Source of the DNA: Guillardia theta CCMP2712
Lineage: Eukaryota; Protista; Cryptophyta
Assembly: GCF_000315625.1 (NCBI RefSeq)
Contig: NW_005434610.1
Location: 235,698 to 299,697, forward strand
Direction of reading: 5' to 3'
Length of the DNA: 64,000 nt
Shown: one piece after another, positions 51,301-64,000 of the stretch
How the letters are laid out: each line of letters starts with the position of its first letter
How positions within the stretch are numbered: the first letter of the stretch is position 1
The notes under the pieces: generated by a model
What the model was told of the DNA's origin: nothing
Seen by the model: the letters and a program-made list of their open reading frames with translations, nothing else
The model's database searches: none
Made by a program: the position numbers and the translations under genes

Positions 51301-52143
51301 ACTTTCTTTTCTCCCATCCCTTTCTTGTCCTTCTTTGAAGATTGAACAGCTTAAGTCAAAGTCAAGATCATGTAGTCAAGTTTCACAAGCTCTAACCGGT
51401 GACATTACGATGTTCAGCTACCTCGTCGTCGTCATAATCGTCCTCGTCTTCGACATCATCAATCATCTCCTTGAATCTGCAAAGAAAAAAAGTTCATAGA
51501 CGCAAATAAAATCCGCAATGATTACTTCTGCGCAAACTTGGCATCCTCCACCTTTTTACTCTTAAAATCAAAACTGGATGCTTTCCCCATGTCCTTCCAT
51601 TCTTTGTTGGAGAATTCCTTCTCGTTATTCGCGGGGACTGTATTTTGTTTGACCTCTGCTTTCTTCTTCTCCTTCTTCTTCTTCGGACGTGTCTTTGACG
51701 ACTTTATCCTCCAAAGTTTCGAGTCCCACACATCCTTGTCGTACCACCCCTGGAAAAACAGTTGGTCAGTGTCATGGCGACGTGTGGAGGAGGATCATCA
51801 CCATGATTGACTCTGATTGGTTCGAGACTGTCTCCCACTCTGATTCGCCGTCGACAACTTCATCATCCGCATACCCCAACTCGTCTACCTCGCTTGACTC
51901 GTCGCTCGACCCCCCCCTGAGCAACAAAACCCTTCGTCTCCGCGAGCATTTTGCAGGGAGCGATTGGCTCTTCCGACTCCCTGCATTGCACAAGACACCA
52001 GCACACAGTGTACTAGAAGGCGCCTTCCTGCATGTGCTGTCCCAGGATGTCGAACTCTCCTCCCCGCTGCCGCAGGTCAGCAGCAGGTAAACCAGTAGGG
52101 GGCCAGCGCTTCGGAGATATGGCAGATCTTCTGCTCTCCTCAT
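48302..52143 (-). CDS. Large multi-exon protein: hydrophobic N-terminus with LLLRGG, acidic/basic low-complexity region, PDZ domain and right-handed beta-helix
   Basis: PDZ: FGGIGVVF...VVDQILPDSPA../IEPGDILLSV../YILGPVGSSVSLKF. Beta-helix repeats: FSHNGGDGVVC, IRGNEFQGACV, LVGNAHGVHV, VVGNKEFGAIA. Confidence 0.65.
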
Positions 52144-52733
52144 GGATGCCTTCCAGTTCTCACATGCTCACCATTGCCGTAGCAGCTCCACTTTGTCCTC
52201 TCCCTACTCGTCTGACTCCTCCTCCTCCCCTCGCCTCAGCTATCGCCTCTTCCCCTCCCTTCGCTCTCCCACCATTGCGTCTCCTGAGCATGCTTTGAGC
52301 CCTCTTCCCCCACCTGACTTTACACCTCATCCCACCTCGCACCCACTATCAAAACCCTCATCCCCGCCTCAGTCCCCGCCTTGCCCAGGACGGAAAGTTC
52401 CATGTAAACGGATTCCTGCAATGGCACGTGCTGTGCAGGGAAGACGATGGGGAGGGTGCGACGCGATGGCGGCGGGAAGGATGCAGAGTTCTTATGTACA
52501 GACGGAAAGTTACAAGAAGAGACGTTTCCTCTGTTCTCTGGTAGTCTTAGTTGACAATCACGAGGGGTTTATAGAAGGAATTGCGTAATAGTGGTGTTTG
52601 TGGGTGGTATATTATCCCACCATCGCCCTCTTGTAAATCTCGTCCAGGCTGTTTCCAGTTACAATCTGTCTCCTTTCAGGAAGAGAAGGTGCTCGAGGAT
52701 GTTGCTTCGGTAGCATCTCTGTGTTGAATACCC

Positions 52734-53724
52734 ATGGCATTCCGGTAAGGCCTGCACGACCTACAGATGTCGGTGCTGAAGAGGTTGGCAGGTTGTCGAA
52801 GAGTGTGATCCACACATTCCCAGCTGCAAAAGACTTTGACAAGAATCCCTACGTTTTCGACGTCTGCAACAACACACAGGGATTGCTGGTGTGTGAGCAA
52901 CGTGGCCATGTTGTGACGAGCATGATCGACCTTTCCATAGGCTGTCTCAGCATGCGGACCGGGTCACGTCATCAAGGCAAACTTTGCCCGATGTGGCACG
53001 TGACGAGCTGACAACGAGCAAGAGCAGGTCTACGACGAGCAGACGCTCTCCTGCTCCATCCAGGTGATGCGAGAACAACTCTTTCTTATCTGATTGCTTG
53101 AGAGTAGCTGGGAGGACATGCTGCTGCAGTCAACGACATACACTTCTCCCTTCTCTCCCCGCACCTACTTTACAGCTCCTCCTCTGACGGGACTGTCAAA
53201 GTGTGGGACATGCGCAGTCCTCATGCTCCGGTCAGCAGCATCAGGTGCACTTCCCCCCATCCTCCTTCTCAACCTCCTCCTCCACCTCCTCCTCTCCCTG
53301 TTCCTCGTCCTCCTCCTCCTCCTCCTGATCCTCCTCCTCCTCCTCCTCCTCTCCCTGTTCCTCGTCCTCGTCCTCGTCCTCTCCCTCTCATTCATCGTCG
53401 TCCTCTTCTCTCCCCGCCTCCTCGATATCCTCCTCCTTGGCTTTCCTTCCATCTTTGACTTCCTTCCATCCTTGACTTCCTTCCAGCTCGGGGGGTAAAC
53501 CCTTCTGGTCTGCCCATCTCAACAGCGACGAAACGATGATGTCGACAGGCTGCGGGCGACTTGTGAGGGTCTACGATATGAGGGTGAGGCGTCGGCTCAG
53601 CTGCTCATGATCTCTCACGTTGATCCCTCCTCGCAGACTCAGAAGCTCTTCCGCAACTACTCGGATGTTCACACCGAGGATGTAACGCAGGTGCGCGGGG
53701 CGACACATTCCTCCTGTTCTTCTG

Positions 53725-53759
<35 letters not shown>

Positions 53760-54659
53760 GACACTTGCCCTTGTTCTTGTTCTTGTTCTCGCCCTTGTTC
53801 CCTGCCCAGTCCCCTCCTTGGTCTCCTGGCCCTCGTTCTCTTCTCTTCTTACGAGCTTGCCTTCAGGTCCGCTGTCACCCAACCCTGCCTTCCATCACCG
53901 TGAGCGGAGGAGAGGATGGGCTCATATGCGTCTCCAACCACCAGCCGGAGGACGAGGGTAGATCTCTCCCTTCCTCCTCTGCCCTCTTCTGACTCTCCTC
54001 CTCTCCTCCTACTCTCCTCCTCCTCTCCTCCTCCTCTCCTCCTCCTCCCCTCCTCCTCTCCTCCTCCTCTCTTCCTCCTCTCCTCCTCCTCTCCTCCTCC
54101 TCTCCTCCTCCTCCTCTCCTCCTCCTCCANNNNNNNNNNNNNNNNNNNNNNNNNNNNNNNNNNNNNNNNNNNNNNNNNNNNNNNNNNNNNNNNNNNNNNN
54201 NNNNNNNNNNNNNNNNNNNNNNNNNNNNNTCCCTCTCCTCTCCTCCCCTCAGACGACAGCCTCGAAGCCGTTTTCAACGTCGAGGTCGCCATATCGAGGA
54301 TCGGCTTCTGCGGGAACCTTGCCCAGCAGGTCTACTGCACAACCAACATACACAGCTTGCAGGTGGTGAGCGACGAGCCGTCGGAGGACGTGTGACGTTG
54401 GGGGTGCAGATGTGGGATGTCGGCAAGGAGAAGCTCCTTGTCAACGTGGAGGACATGAGGGGAGCGTTGCAGGTTGAGCTCTTGCCATCCTCCAAACAAC
54501 GAACCTCCTCCTCCTCCTCCTCCTCCTCCTCCTCCTCCTCCTCCTCCTCCTCCTCCTGCTTCCCGTCCTTGCTTTCGTTGTCGTTGTCCTCTACCTGCGG
54601 TCTCCTCGCCGTCGTCCAGCAACCGTTCCTCCTTATCCTGACCTAAATGATTATCATCG

Positions 54660-54691
<32 letters not shown>

Positions 54692-55700
54692 TCCATCATC
54701 ATCATCATCATCATGAGCACTCTCTTCTCACCACTGCTGATCGCGCAGTCAACGTCGCCTCACCCTGTCGACTATCTGGTTGACTGTAAATATCAACGGA
54801 GCACAGGTGATTGGAAGACAGTGAGAGGAGGAAGAGGAGGAGAAAGAGAAGGAAGATGAGGAGTAGCAGAAAGAAGTACAGGAAGAGAGGCGGAGCAGCA
54901 GCAGCAGGAGCAGCTAGAGCAGCAGGAGGGGGGAGGGGGGGACAGGGATGGCGAGTGGAAGTGCATGGGGAGAAAGGGGAGGTAGGTTTCTTTCATCTTA
55001 GCTGATCTGCAGATACGCTTCATCTCTTCACGGGCTCCGAGTCAGGGCATCTCAGCATGTGGCGCTTGAGCTCCGATGGGCCGCAGTTGGAGGCCTGCAT
55101 GCAAGACAAGGAAGGGCATGTAGCGGTAAGAGGAGGCTGGAAGATGAAGAGAGAGAGGAGGAGGAGGAAAGGGAGAGGGAGGCGAGGGGAGGCTGGAAGA
55201 TGAGAAGAGGTAGGAGGAGGAGGAGGAAAGGGAGAGGGAGGGGAGGGGAGGGGAGGGGAGGCAGTAGAATGTAAGATGAGCGCATGCTTCGTGCGCTGCC
55301 TCCTTAGCATCACATTTGGCTGACTTGCTCACGAAACTCTTGCAGATCGTTCGGGGAGTTTGTTGCGATTTTGAGAAATCGATCATTTGGAGCGGGGGTG
55401 AAGATTGCAAGGTAAGGATTACCCCTTCGTCGACCTCCTCCTTCCGTCCTTCCCTCCCTGCGTTCAACCCCCTCCCTCCCTCCCTTCCCTCCCTTTCTTC
55501 CTCCCTCTCCTCCCTACCACGCTCTCTTTTTCTTTCGCTCTTGCTCCTTCGTCTCCTCGTGCTGTGATTCTCATTCTCTGCCGCAGGTCTGTATGTGGAA
55601 GCATGACGCTAATTCTTCGCTCCCTCCCATCTCGACCGACAGAGCAGGAGGTGTAGGAAAGGTGAGAAATGAGCGAAAGATGGGATGGAGTCCCTACTGA
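52734..55700 (+). CDS. WDR89: WD40-repeat protein 89-like
   Basis: SSSDGTVKVWDMRS, YSDVHTEDVTQ/VRCHPTLPSITVSGGEDGL, DDSLEAVFNVE, VDYLVDC, IWSGGEDCK and C-terminal SPY*. Confidence 0.75.
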
Positions 55701-56479
55701 TCGGTACTCCTCTCCTCTCTCCTCTCTCCTCTCTCCTCTCTCCACTCTCCACGCACGAGAAGCCGAAGGTTGTGGGCGTGAAACTAGGGACTCGGAAGAT
55801 GGGGGATTGGGGAAGGATGCCATAAGAGTGTTTAGGCGAAGGTTCGAGGGACTGATGATGGTATATTGATAGTAAAGGGGGAGAACAGAATGGGTCCTGA
55901 CCGATGTGTTGCCGCGAAAGGATTGTGTGGCTGATGGTGCTGTATATCCTTAATGATTCTGATGCGTAGCATGCGTGCGTGCGAATTTCTGTCAATAGAA
56001 TGCGAGATACAGTTGAGGTGGAAGGGAGTGTTTGAGCTCTTTGTATTAGTGCTGAGGGGATGTTGGTCACATGATGCATCAAGAAGTAGGTGAGGGGCGA
56101 CTAGGTTGAAAGCTGCGACCGCAGTGTTGCGGATATTCATAGAGTTTTCTTGTGTTGTTTAGAGTCTTTGGGCNNNNNNNNNNNNNNNNNNNNNNNNNNN
56201 NNNNNNNNNNNNNNNNNNNNNNNNNNNNNNNNNNNNNNNNNNNNNNNNNNNNNNNNNNNNNNNNNNNNNNNNNNNNNNNNNNNNNNNNNNNNNNNNNNNN
56301 NNNNNNNNNNNNNNNNNNNNNNNNNNNNNNNNNNNNNNNNNNNNNNNNNNNNNNNNNNNNNNNNNNNNNNNNNNNNNNNNNNNGAGGAGAGGAGAGGAGA
56401 GGAGAGGAGAGGAGAGGTAGAACAGGAGAGGAGAGGAGAGGAGAGGAGAGGAGAGGAGAGGAGAGGAGAGGAGAGGAGG

Positions 56480-58444
56480 AGAGAAGATCGCAACCTTGCG
56501 AGACATACAGTGGACAGGCCATACTCCTGTCCATCCGTTAGTGAGAAGATAGATGATGCAGTGGCAGAAGATGGTGACAGCAAACGAAGATGTAACTAGC
56601 GATGATGATGATAATGATGATGATAATGATGATGATGATGATGATGATTACAATGACGATTATTTACAATGACAATGACTAGGGAGAGTATGTGAGTGTA
56701 TCAGAGTGAAAACCTTGTAGAAGACTCTCAATCTTCTTCGCAGCCTTCTGACTCACATCTTCGACGTAGACACAAGGAAGGAACCTTGACAAGACGGACT
56801 TCACTTGTCTCAATGTCACTTCACCACCTTCACAACCTCTCAAGGGTCCTGACGCTTTCGTTGAGCACTTTCATGGCTGCCATCTGATGCCGGACATCAG
56901 CTGGCCAAGAGACTAGGAATAGGAAGAGCAGACCTGGGTAGAGAAGTAGATCAAGGAGTTTTCCATCACATCGTAGGAATCCAAGCTGAAACAAGCCTCC
57001 TCCTGCCTCTCCGTCACTCTCTGACCTCCGAAGCGGCCAAGAACAACGAGGAAAGGATGTACGAGAGACATCAGCCGGTTCTTGACAAGGTTTGCTGCTT
57101 TCCTCTCAGTCCTCCCCGACCTCTCAACCACCTCCCCTCACCGCAGAGCAGCTGGAACAGAAACTGATCGCTCTCGAACACGACGAACTCCCTCGTACCT
57201 GTCACCCACTTCCTTCTTCTCCTCCTCCTCGACTCTGCGAGCGCAAGAGTCCGACCGCCAAACTTGGCACCAACTTCAACCACTTGATCAACAGCATCGA
57301 CGAGGTCAGCGAGAAAAGCTGTCTCTCCATTACACCACTCTCCTGCATGTGACGTCACAATCGGTGCACCAAGGGCACTTTGACTCTTGCCGTACAGACT
57401 GAGGGGAAGACCGATCTCTCTGTCCTCGACAGGGACCAGAAGCTTGCCAAATCTTCCTGCACTGATCAGAAAGGCGCTTCTTCCATCCTTGCAGCACCTG
57501 CTCTCGATCTCTTCAACCTGCCCATCTCGCAGCGTCTTCGTCTCACTTGCGTTCATCACATGCCGCCTCGTGCAACTTCTCATGCTCTGCTTCTTCTGAG
57601 GTCATACGTCAATCAAACTTCCCACGGTAGCTCGTCTTGCCTTTTCTGTCTCCATGCACAAACTTGCGAGGGTCCTCGGAGCTTCTCCTTCAGTCGCCTT
57701 GTCAGCCAACAGCGTCAAGACAAGGTCATGGACGTGTTGGCCTGCACACTCTGACAGCTTGAGATGGTTCTCCTCCTGCAAGCTGTGTAGATTTCTCCGC
57801 CATCTTCTGATCTTCATCTTGCTACAAATCGCCTTATGACTGACAGCGACGATGAAGAGCGGAGGGTAAGGCACCTGATGTTGCAAGTAAGCGACTCGAG
57901 CCTTGAAAGACGAGGCTCGTTGGGCAATCTGGAAGAGAGAACATTCAGACTGAGGAGCCGGCATCAAACAGGACGGAGTACCCGAAAGTTTAGCTCCTTG
58001 TCTCCGTTCTCCAGCCTTGTAAGGCCCCATATGAAGCACAGGCACACGAGGACAAGCTTGTAGATGGATTCTTCCATCAGAAAGTTGCTCCTGCCAACTC
58101 TGACGATCCTCCCCTACATCACGTCTCCCCTCCCCCTGGAACTTTCAACAGCTACCCCGCGTTCACAGCAAGTACACTCGGCTCGCTTTGTTCCCTGCTC
58201 CTCTCCTCTCCCCTCCTCTCCTTCCTCTCCTTCCTCCTTCCTCCCGTTATGCTTTGTTCGTTCGGCTATCCTCTCCTCCTTTCCTCTCCTCTCCTCTCCT
58301 CTCCTCTCCTCTCCTCTCCTCTCCTCCTCTCCTCTCCTCTCCTCTCCTCTCCTCTCCTCTCCTCTCCTCTCCTCCTCTCCTCTCCTCTCCTCTCCCCTCC
58401 CCTCCTTCGTCCCCTTCTCCTTCACAATGTTTGTCGTCGCTCAT
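56480..58444 (-). CDS. FkbM-like SAM-dependent methyltransferase-containing protein; boundaries uncertain, runs toward a gap
   Basis: GRFGKLLV..DREIG.PLSLY/GEWCNGE...VVEVGAKFGGRTLALA...FESDQFLFQLLC/ANL and PCVYVE. Confidence 0.55.
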
Positions 58445-58917
58445 CAGTTTGAAATCTTTTTTCAATTGCACAATTTGTGCAGCACAAAACTCTGAATTTT
58501 TCAAATTTTGGACAATAGATCAAATTTCAAATTCAGATTTGGCGGGACATTTTTTTCCCGAATCAGAACTTCGAACGATCACCTGCATTTCAGAGGGAGA
58601 GGCGAAGGCGATGGCGGTGCGATGAACAGGAAGACAGGAAGACAGGACGGGACACAAGAGAGAGGAGAAAGGAGAGGAGAGGAGAGGAGACAGGAAGAGA
58701 GAAGAGAAGAGGAGACAGGAACAGAGAAGAGGGAGAGAGGAGGAGGGGAGAGAAGAGGAGAAAGGAGGAGGGGAGGGGAGGAGAGAGGAGGGGTGGGGAA
58801 AAGATCCAGGCAACAGGATAGTTGAGAGGTAGAAATCGAGGTCACTATATCATACGATCCCCGCAACGTCTTCTCCTACCTTGGAGATCACTCTCTATCT
58901 CTCTATCCTCCAACACC

Positions 58918-61788
58918 ATGAACGTCTTGTTCGACGTGAAGCGCGATGCTCTCCTCAACAACTTCATCTTCCCATCGCCACAAGGTGAACTTGATGTTGG
59001 TCTACTTGTTGTACCTGCTAACATCGTCCTCCCTCAGCCTCCTACAAGTGGGATTCATTCCCTGGTCGGCTGCTCTGCGTCGCTGGGCTCGAAGGAAACG
59101 TCTTCCCTTGCGTTAGTGTACCGTCAGCCACCATCCATGAGCTCACATGGCTAGCAGCTGCTTATCACGAGGAATCCGGAGAAGCAGGAGGAGGAGGAGG
59201 AGGAGACGGGTGAAGAGCGAAAGGGTGTGCAGGATGAGACGTTTGACGATAGGCAGACTTTTCGTCCTACCTTGCGATCTACTGCCATGCAAACGCTGAG
59301 GTCACAAACTTGCGCCATGGTGGACCCGCCTCACACTTCACTTGCCTTGCAGGACTTGGGAGCACTACATGACGTGAGGAGTTTCTCTGTATCCTGTCGT
59401 GCTCCACTCTCTTTGACGCACAGCTTGAAGCTCATCTGCTGGTTCTCTACCGCCATGCGGATGCACGTCCTTGTGCCAGAGTACCCTGGTGAGAAGAGTC
59501 GTGAAGGTGTCGAAGGCGTTGACCTGCGCTTGTCACTTCAGGGTATGGGATGGCCGGCGGCAGGTTGAACTGCGAGGACGAGGACGATGGTGCTGTGATG
59601 GAGTTGCCAGAGCAAACGAGGAGAGCGTGTTAGCAAACGTGAGATCTGCGTATCACTTTGCTCTTCATGGTCTGTGCTGGAAGCCGGAAAAGGTGAGAGG
59701 AGGAGGAGGGTTGTGAAGATCGCGTGACAGGCTCCTAGATCCTGCTGGTGGGGCGATCTGTGGGAACAGGAGTTGCAATTAGACTCGGTGAGAGCATTGG
59801 GCGGAAAAGGATGGGCGGGGAGAGGATGGGAGAGGGAGAGGGAGAGAGCAGGGAAGAGAAATGGAGACAAGGAGGGTAGGGGAGGGAGACAAGGAAGGTA
59901 GTAGGGGAGGGAGACAAGGAGGGTAGGAAAGCGAGAGGAGGAAGGGAGAGGGGTGCGAGGGGAGAGGAGAAATTGAGGCTGCAAGTGTGATGCTAGCTTG
60001 GTAGCCTCGGAGTTGCCCATCGGGGGTCTCGCGCTGTTGAGCCCTTTCACGAGCGTGAAGGTGACGAGAAGTCCAGCTGACGACTAGCTGACGGCCACTC
60101 AGGATCTCGTCCGGGAGCACGCGGGACAGGCAGAGAAGGAGGAGAGGAAGAGGACATAAGGCTGACTTGTGCGGTCAGATCACGGCATGGTTGCTAGCTG
60201 AGGGGCCGGACATTTTCCCTTCCGACCAGGTCGTGTCTGAGTCGACTCTTCCTCCTTCTACTGACCGGACTGAGTGCGTCAGTTCATTGACAAGGTGATC
60301 TGCCCGACGCTGATCATTCATGGATCCAAGGACAACGTGATTACGAGGTTGTTTGAGATGTACCTGAGACATGGTTGTTGTGCAGTCCCTGTTGAATGAT
60401 GTCTGGAGGTGGAGAGAGTAGATGACTGCTGATGGGCGCTTGTACCGCATGCTGTGCGATTTCTACTTTTGTCCTGATGTCAATGGCGATGTTTTCATCG
60501 CTACTGAATTCTTCTTAGTACTGACGGCTCTCCCTCCCTCCCTCCCTCTCTCCCTCCCTCCCTCCCTTCTTCCCTCTCTCCCTCCCTCCCTCCCTTCTTC
60601 CCTCTCTCGTTCCCTCCCTCGTTCCCTCCCTTCCTTCTTCCCTCCCTCCACATGCAGCGATCACTCGATAAAACTCTTCGACTGTCTCAACGCCAGGCCA
60701 AAAGTTCTTCACGTCTTGCAGGACGTGAGCGGGAAGAGCTTCTATACCCCACCCCGCTGATTGTTGTCTTGCCTGCTAGCTCGGACATGGCAACGTGGAA
60801 CTCTTCTTCATGGCAGTGAGCTTCGTCTACTCTCACCATCTCTTCTACCTGTCGTTCACCTCTGTGGCAGGCGAAAGAAATCCCCCGCGTCTTTGGGCTG
60901 GCCAAGGGGAGCAGATCGCTCAGTCTGGAAATGTTTCTCAACGATCCGTATTTGCAAGTGAGATGATGATGATCATGACATCAGATCAGATGATGTTGAG
61001 ACGGAAGTTATGATGATGATGGAGACTGTGATGGAAAAGACAAGAACAATTACGAAAAGTCTGACGATGACGATGCTGCTGTTGTTGGTTTCGTCGTGAT
61101 GGATGTCGCTGTTACTGATGATGGTCACATCGATTACGATGATGACGATGATGATGAGGAGGAGGAGGAGGAGGAGAGGGTTGTGGCGGTACTGATGAAG
61201 GAGGAGGAGGAGGAGGAGGAGGAGGAAGAGCAAGGTCTGCAGCATGACGCCTTCTCTCAGGGGGACACAGTTGCTTCTCCCATTCCAGCGTTCGACTGCA
61301 AGTCAAAGGTTGTCAAGTGCGACGACTGCGGGTCAAACGGCTGACGAGTTGACAAGTCCTGGTCAAGACCGACTCTCTCCTCCCATCATCCTCCATACAT
61401 CCGCCATCCTCCTCAAGGTCTGCAGATTTCACGAATCCTCTTTTGCCTGCTTTCCCCCGGCTCCTGCCTTCCCTTCCTCATCTCACCTGCTCCTTTTTCC
61501 TTCTTTCCTTTCCTCCTCCCCTTTGTCCTTCCTTTCCCGCTCTTCTCCTTCCTCCCTCGTCCCTTTCTTCATCCTCTTGCTTGCCTCTTACCTGTCTGCT
61601 CTTCGGCTTATGCTGTATCTCCCTTCTCTTGTATCTGAACTGCTTTTGCACTCAGGGAGCAGGGCACATACCCTCCAGCAAGACTGGGATTTTCCTCCAT
61701 TAAATGAGGTCAGCGGAGGAGGAAGAGGTGTACAAGAAAATGCAGAGTGAAGGAGTAGAGGAGATGAAAGAAGAGAGCAGAACTGGAA

Positions 61789-61857
<69 letters not shown>

Positions 61858-63054
61858 GATCTCACGCGTGATTCAGGATCGTTTGCGGTTCGCAGGAGTT
61901 GCCATCACCGACGAGACCTTTATGGCTCAATCGCATCAGGTCGGCGTCTTCTCTCCTCCTTCCCTTGTGCGTCTCCTCCTACCTCCCATACCTCCCCCCC
62001 CCGGCCCCCCCTCCTTCAGCCCCACTCTCGTCATGGCTCCCTTGCCTATACTGTCGCTCTCTAAACTTCCCACCCATGGATCCATGCGCCCTTCCTGTCC
62101 CAACCTGCTTGCCGCCCTCCTTTCCCCCTCCTCCTCACTTCCTCCCTCCCTCCTCTCTTCCTCCTCGCCTCTTCCCACTCTCCTTGGTTCCCTCCTCATC
62201 ATCTGAATCGCTCCCTCAGGGCCCACGTACAACTTCCTCCGACACCTTGGATCCAGCAGTCTGTTGATCATAAGGGAGAAAGCTTTCTCATGCTGCTGGC
62301 AGGTGCCACACAATCCCAACGGCATCAAGAGCGGAGGTCCCAGCCTTACCTCCTCCACCTCCTCTCCTCCTCCTTGTCCTCCTCCTCCTTCTCCTCCTCC
62401 TCTTGCTTGCCATGCCCCATTCTCCTCTTTATCTCATCCTGTTCTCCTGCTCACCCTTCACGACTGGAACGAGCAGTCGACGAGGACGCGTCCTCGGGCT
62501 CGAACGTGCAGGAAACAGGTGGAGGAGAAAGCGGGAAGGGACCTCTGTGCATCTTGAACTTCCTAGCAGGGAATCCTGTCCTGTCCCCTCGGCCGACAAG
62601 GACTCCCATCGTCTCCTGGGGCCGCCCCGTCACGGAGAAGGAGGAGAGCGGAGCAGCAGACTTCTTCTGCTGGCTGCAGGAGACAGGTGTGCAGGAGCAG
62701 GAGAGGTATCCCAGCTCCTTGACCCCAGCTGCAGCTCTGCTGGAAGAGAGCTCCCAGCTCACGGAGCATCGGAAGCGTCCACTCTTTCCGGGTGATGACG
62801 TGTCGGAGGGATGGGGCAGGGCTGAGCGAAAGAGGGCAGGGATGCAGGAAGTCGTCGTGGTGGAAGCCGCCACCTCCTCTATGGCCTCCGACTTCTCCCC
62901 CGACAAATTTTCAAACCCCATGCGAAAGCCGCACGATGGGCAGGTACGATCGGTCTCCCCCGCACTGCTAGGCCTCTCTTCTACAGTCCTCGATTGCCTG
63001 ACTCTCTTTCTTCCTCCTCCCTCCCCTCCTCCCTCCCCTCCTTTCACACAGTGA
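58918..63054 (+). CDS. ABHD17-like alpha/beta hydrolase with a long low-complexity C-terminus
   Basis: LLNNFIFPSP/PSY, YCHANAE/DLG, MHVLVPEYP/GYG, ANEESV, LLVGRSVGTGVA, GLALLSPFTSV, CPTLIIHGSKD. Confidence 0.8.
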
Positions 63055-63148
63055 CGCCTCGTCCCTTCAGGCTATTCTACTCAAGCACAGCTGAGGAGTT
63101 TTTCTTCGCCTCGTCCTGTAACATAGAGTGCTGTCCTCCTCCCTTGCT

Positions 63149-63327
63149 TCACTTTCCGTCCAGCACCTCGCAGATGTCTCTGATTGAAAGTTCCATGCTG
63201 TCCACAAACGCCTGACCGTCTCTGCAAAGTCGTCAGTTGGCAAAACAAAATGTCAAAGTCCACGTCAGTCCTTCTCGCATGTAGTCGTGGCCGTTTCACC
63301 ACCACCACCACCATCATCATCATCACC

Positions 63328-63361
<34 letters not shown>

Positions 63362-64000
63362 TACTCATACTCATACTCATACTCATATCTCGAGACGTAC
63401 CTCTCATTCTTGTACGTCATCACAGAGGAAGCAAACCCGTCCACGCTCGCATTCTTTCCCCCACCGAAGGGATTGGCCCCGTCGATTCCTCTGAGCTTCC
63501 CAGTGGTGTACCTTTACCCACAGTGAGCCGCACGCCATCCCACGCTCCTCTCACCCAATCCCGTAGCACTTGGGCCCGACGGGTCCGAACCCTCCTCCTT
63601 GGATGTTGGGAGACGTCAAGGTGGAGGTGGAGAGGATGATCTCCGACAGGCGGGTGTATGCCTCATCTTGGAAGATGGCGGGAGTTTTCAAACCGCTCTT
63701 GAGGGCCTCGTGCTTCAGGGCGAACATGTGTCTGTCCCACCCTTTTCCTGATGGCCTGCAAGTCAGCGACGTGGCAGCCCGGGGGCAACGGACCCATAAG
63801 AGCGTTGCGGGTGATGACGCCATGCTGCTTGACAGCCTTGCGGAGAGCTGCCGCGCGGCTGTCAGAGGCGAGAGAGAGAGAGGAGACATGGGACCTTCTT
63901 CCTTCTCTGGCCTCGTCGAAGACTTGGAGAAAAAGGTCTTGCACATCGCATCAGACTCGGGAGTGGCCGAGCGGATAGTTTCCGTCCTCCTGCTCGAGAG
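63149..64000 (-). CDS. CPT2: Carnitine O-acyltransferase (CPT2-like), 3' portion only
   Basis: ALM/GKGWDRHMFALK, IILSTSTL, GGFGPVGPKCYGIG and last exon AFVDSMELSIRDICEVLDGK*. Confidence 0.8.

Overview
Eukaryotic nuclear DNA from a gene-dense, intron-rich flagellate. Roughly 50-nt introns, loose donors, AAG acceptors and SSR-filled introns suggest a cryptophyte such as Guillardia theta; this is inference, not verified. About 21 spliced protein-coding genes can be traced: two ABHD17-like hydrolases, a GH27 alpha-galactosidase-like protein, a UBL-PI4K-gamma kinase, a TPR-GT41 (OGT-like) protein, outer dynein arm docking complex DC2, an EGF membrane protein, a fused fumarylacetoacetase-maleylacetoacetate isomerase, a GT-A glycosyltransferase, a PKD2-like channel, a GST-like protein, a PDZ/beta-helix protein, WDR89, an FkbM-like methyltransferase, the CPT2 3' end and several orphans. 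There are six N gaps. I saw no rRNA, tRNA or CRISPR. Best leads: (1) an almost intronless Crinkler/RHS-type NTPase+REase gene with an unusual 24-aa helical-repeat header; (2) an in-frame FAH-MAAI fusion; (3) ubiquitin-tail LRLRGG motifs after signal peptides; (4) a recurring promoter layout of a palindrome-dense core flanked by oriented CCCCTAC tracts; (5) an exact intron duplication that creates a 3-nt microexon or recursive splice site; (6) a GH27 whose catalytic nucleophile Asp is replaced by Cys. Exon boundaries were derived by hand and are approximate unless stated.
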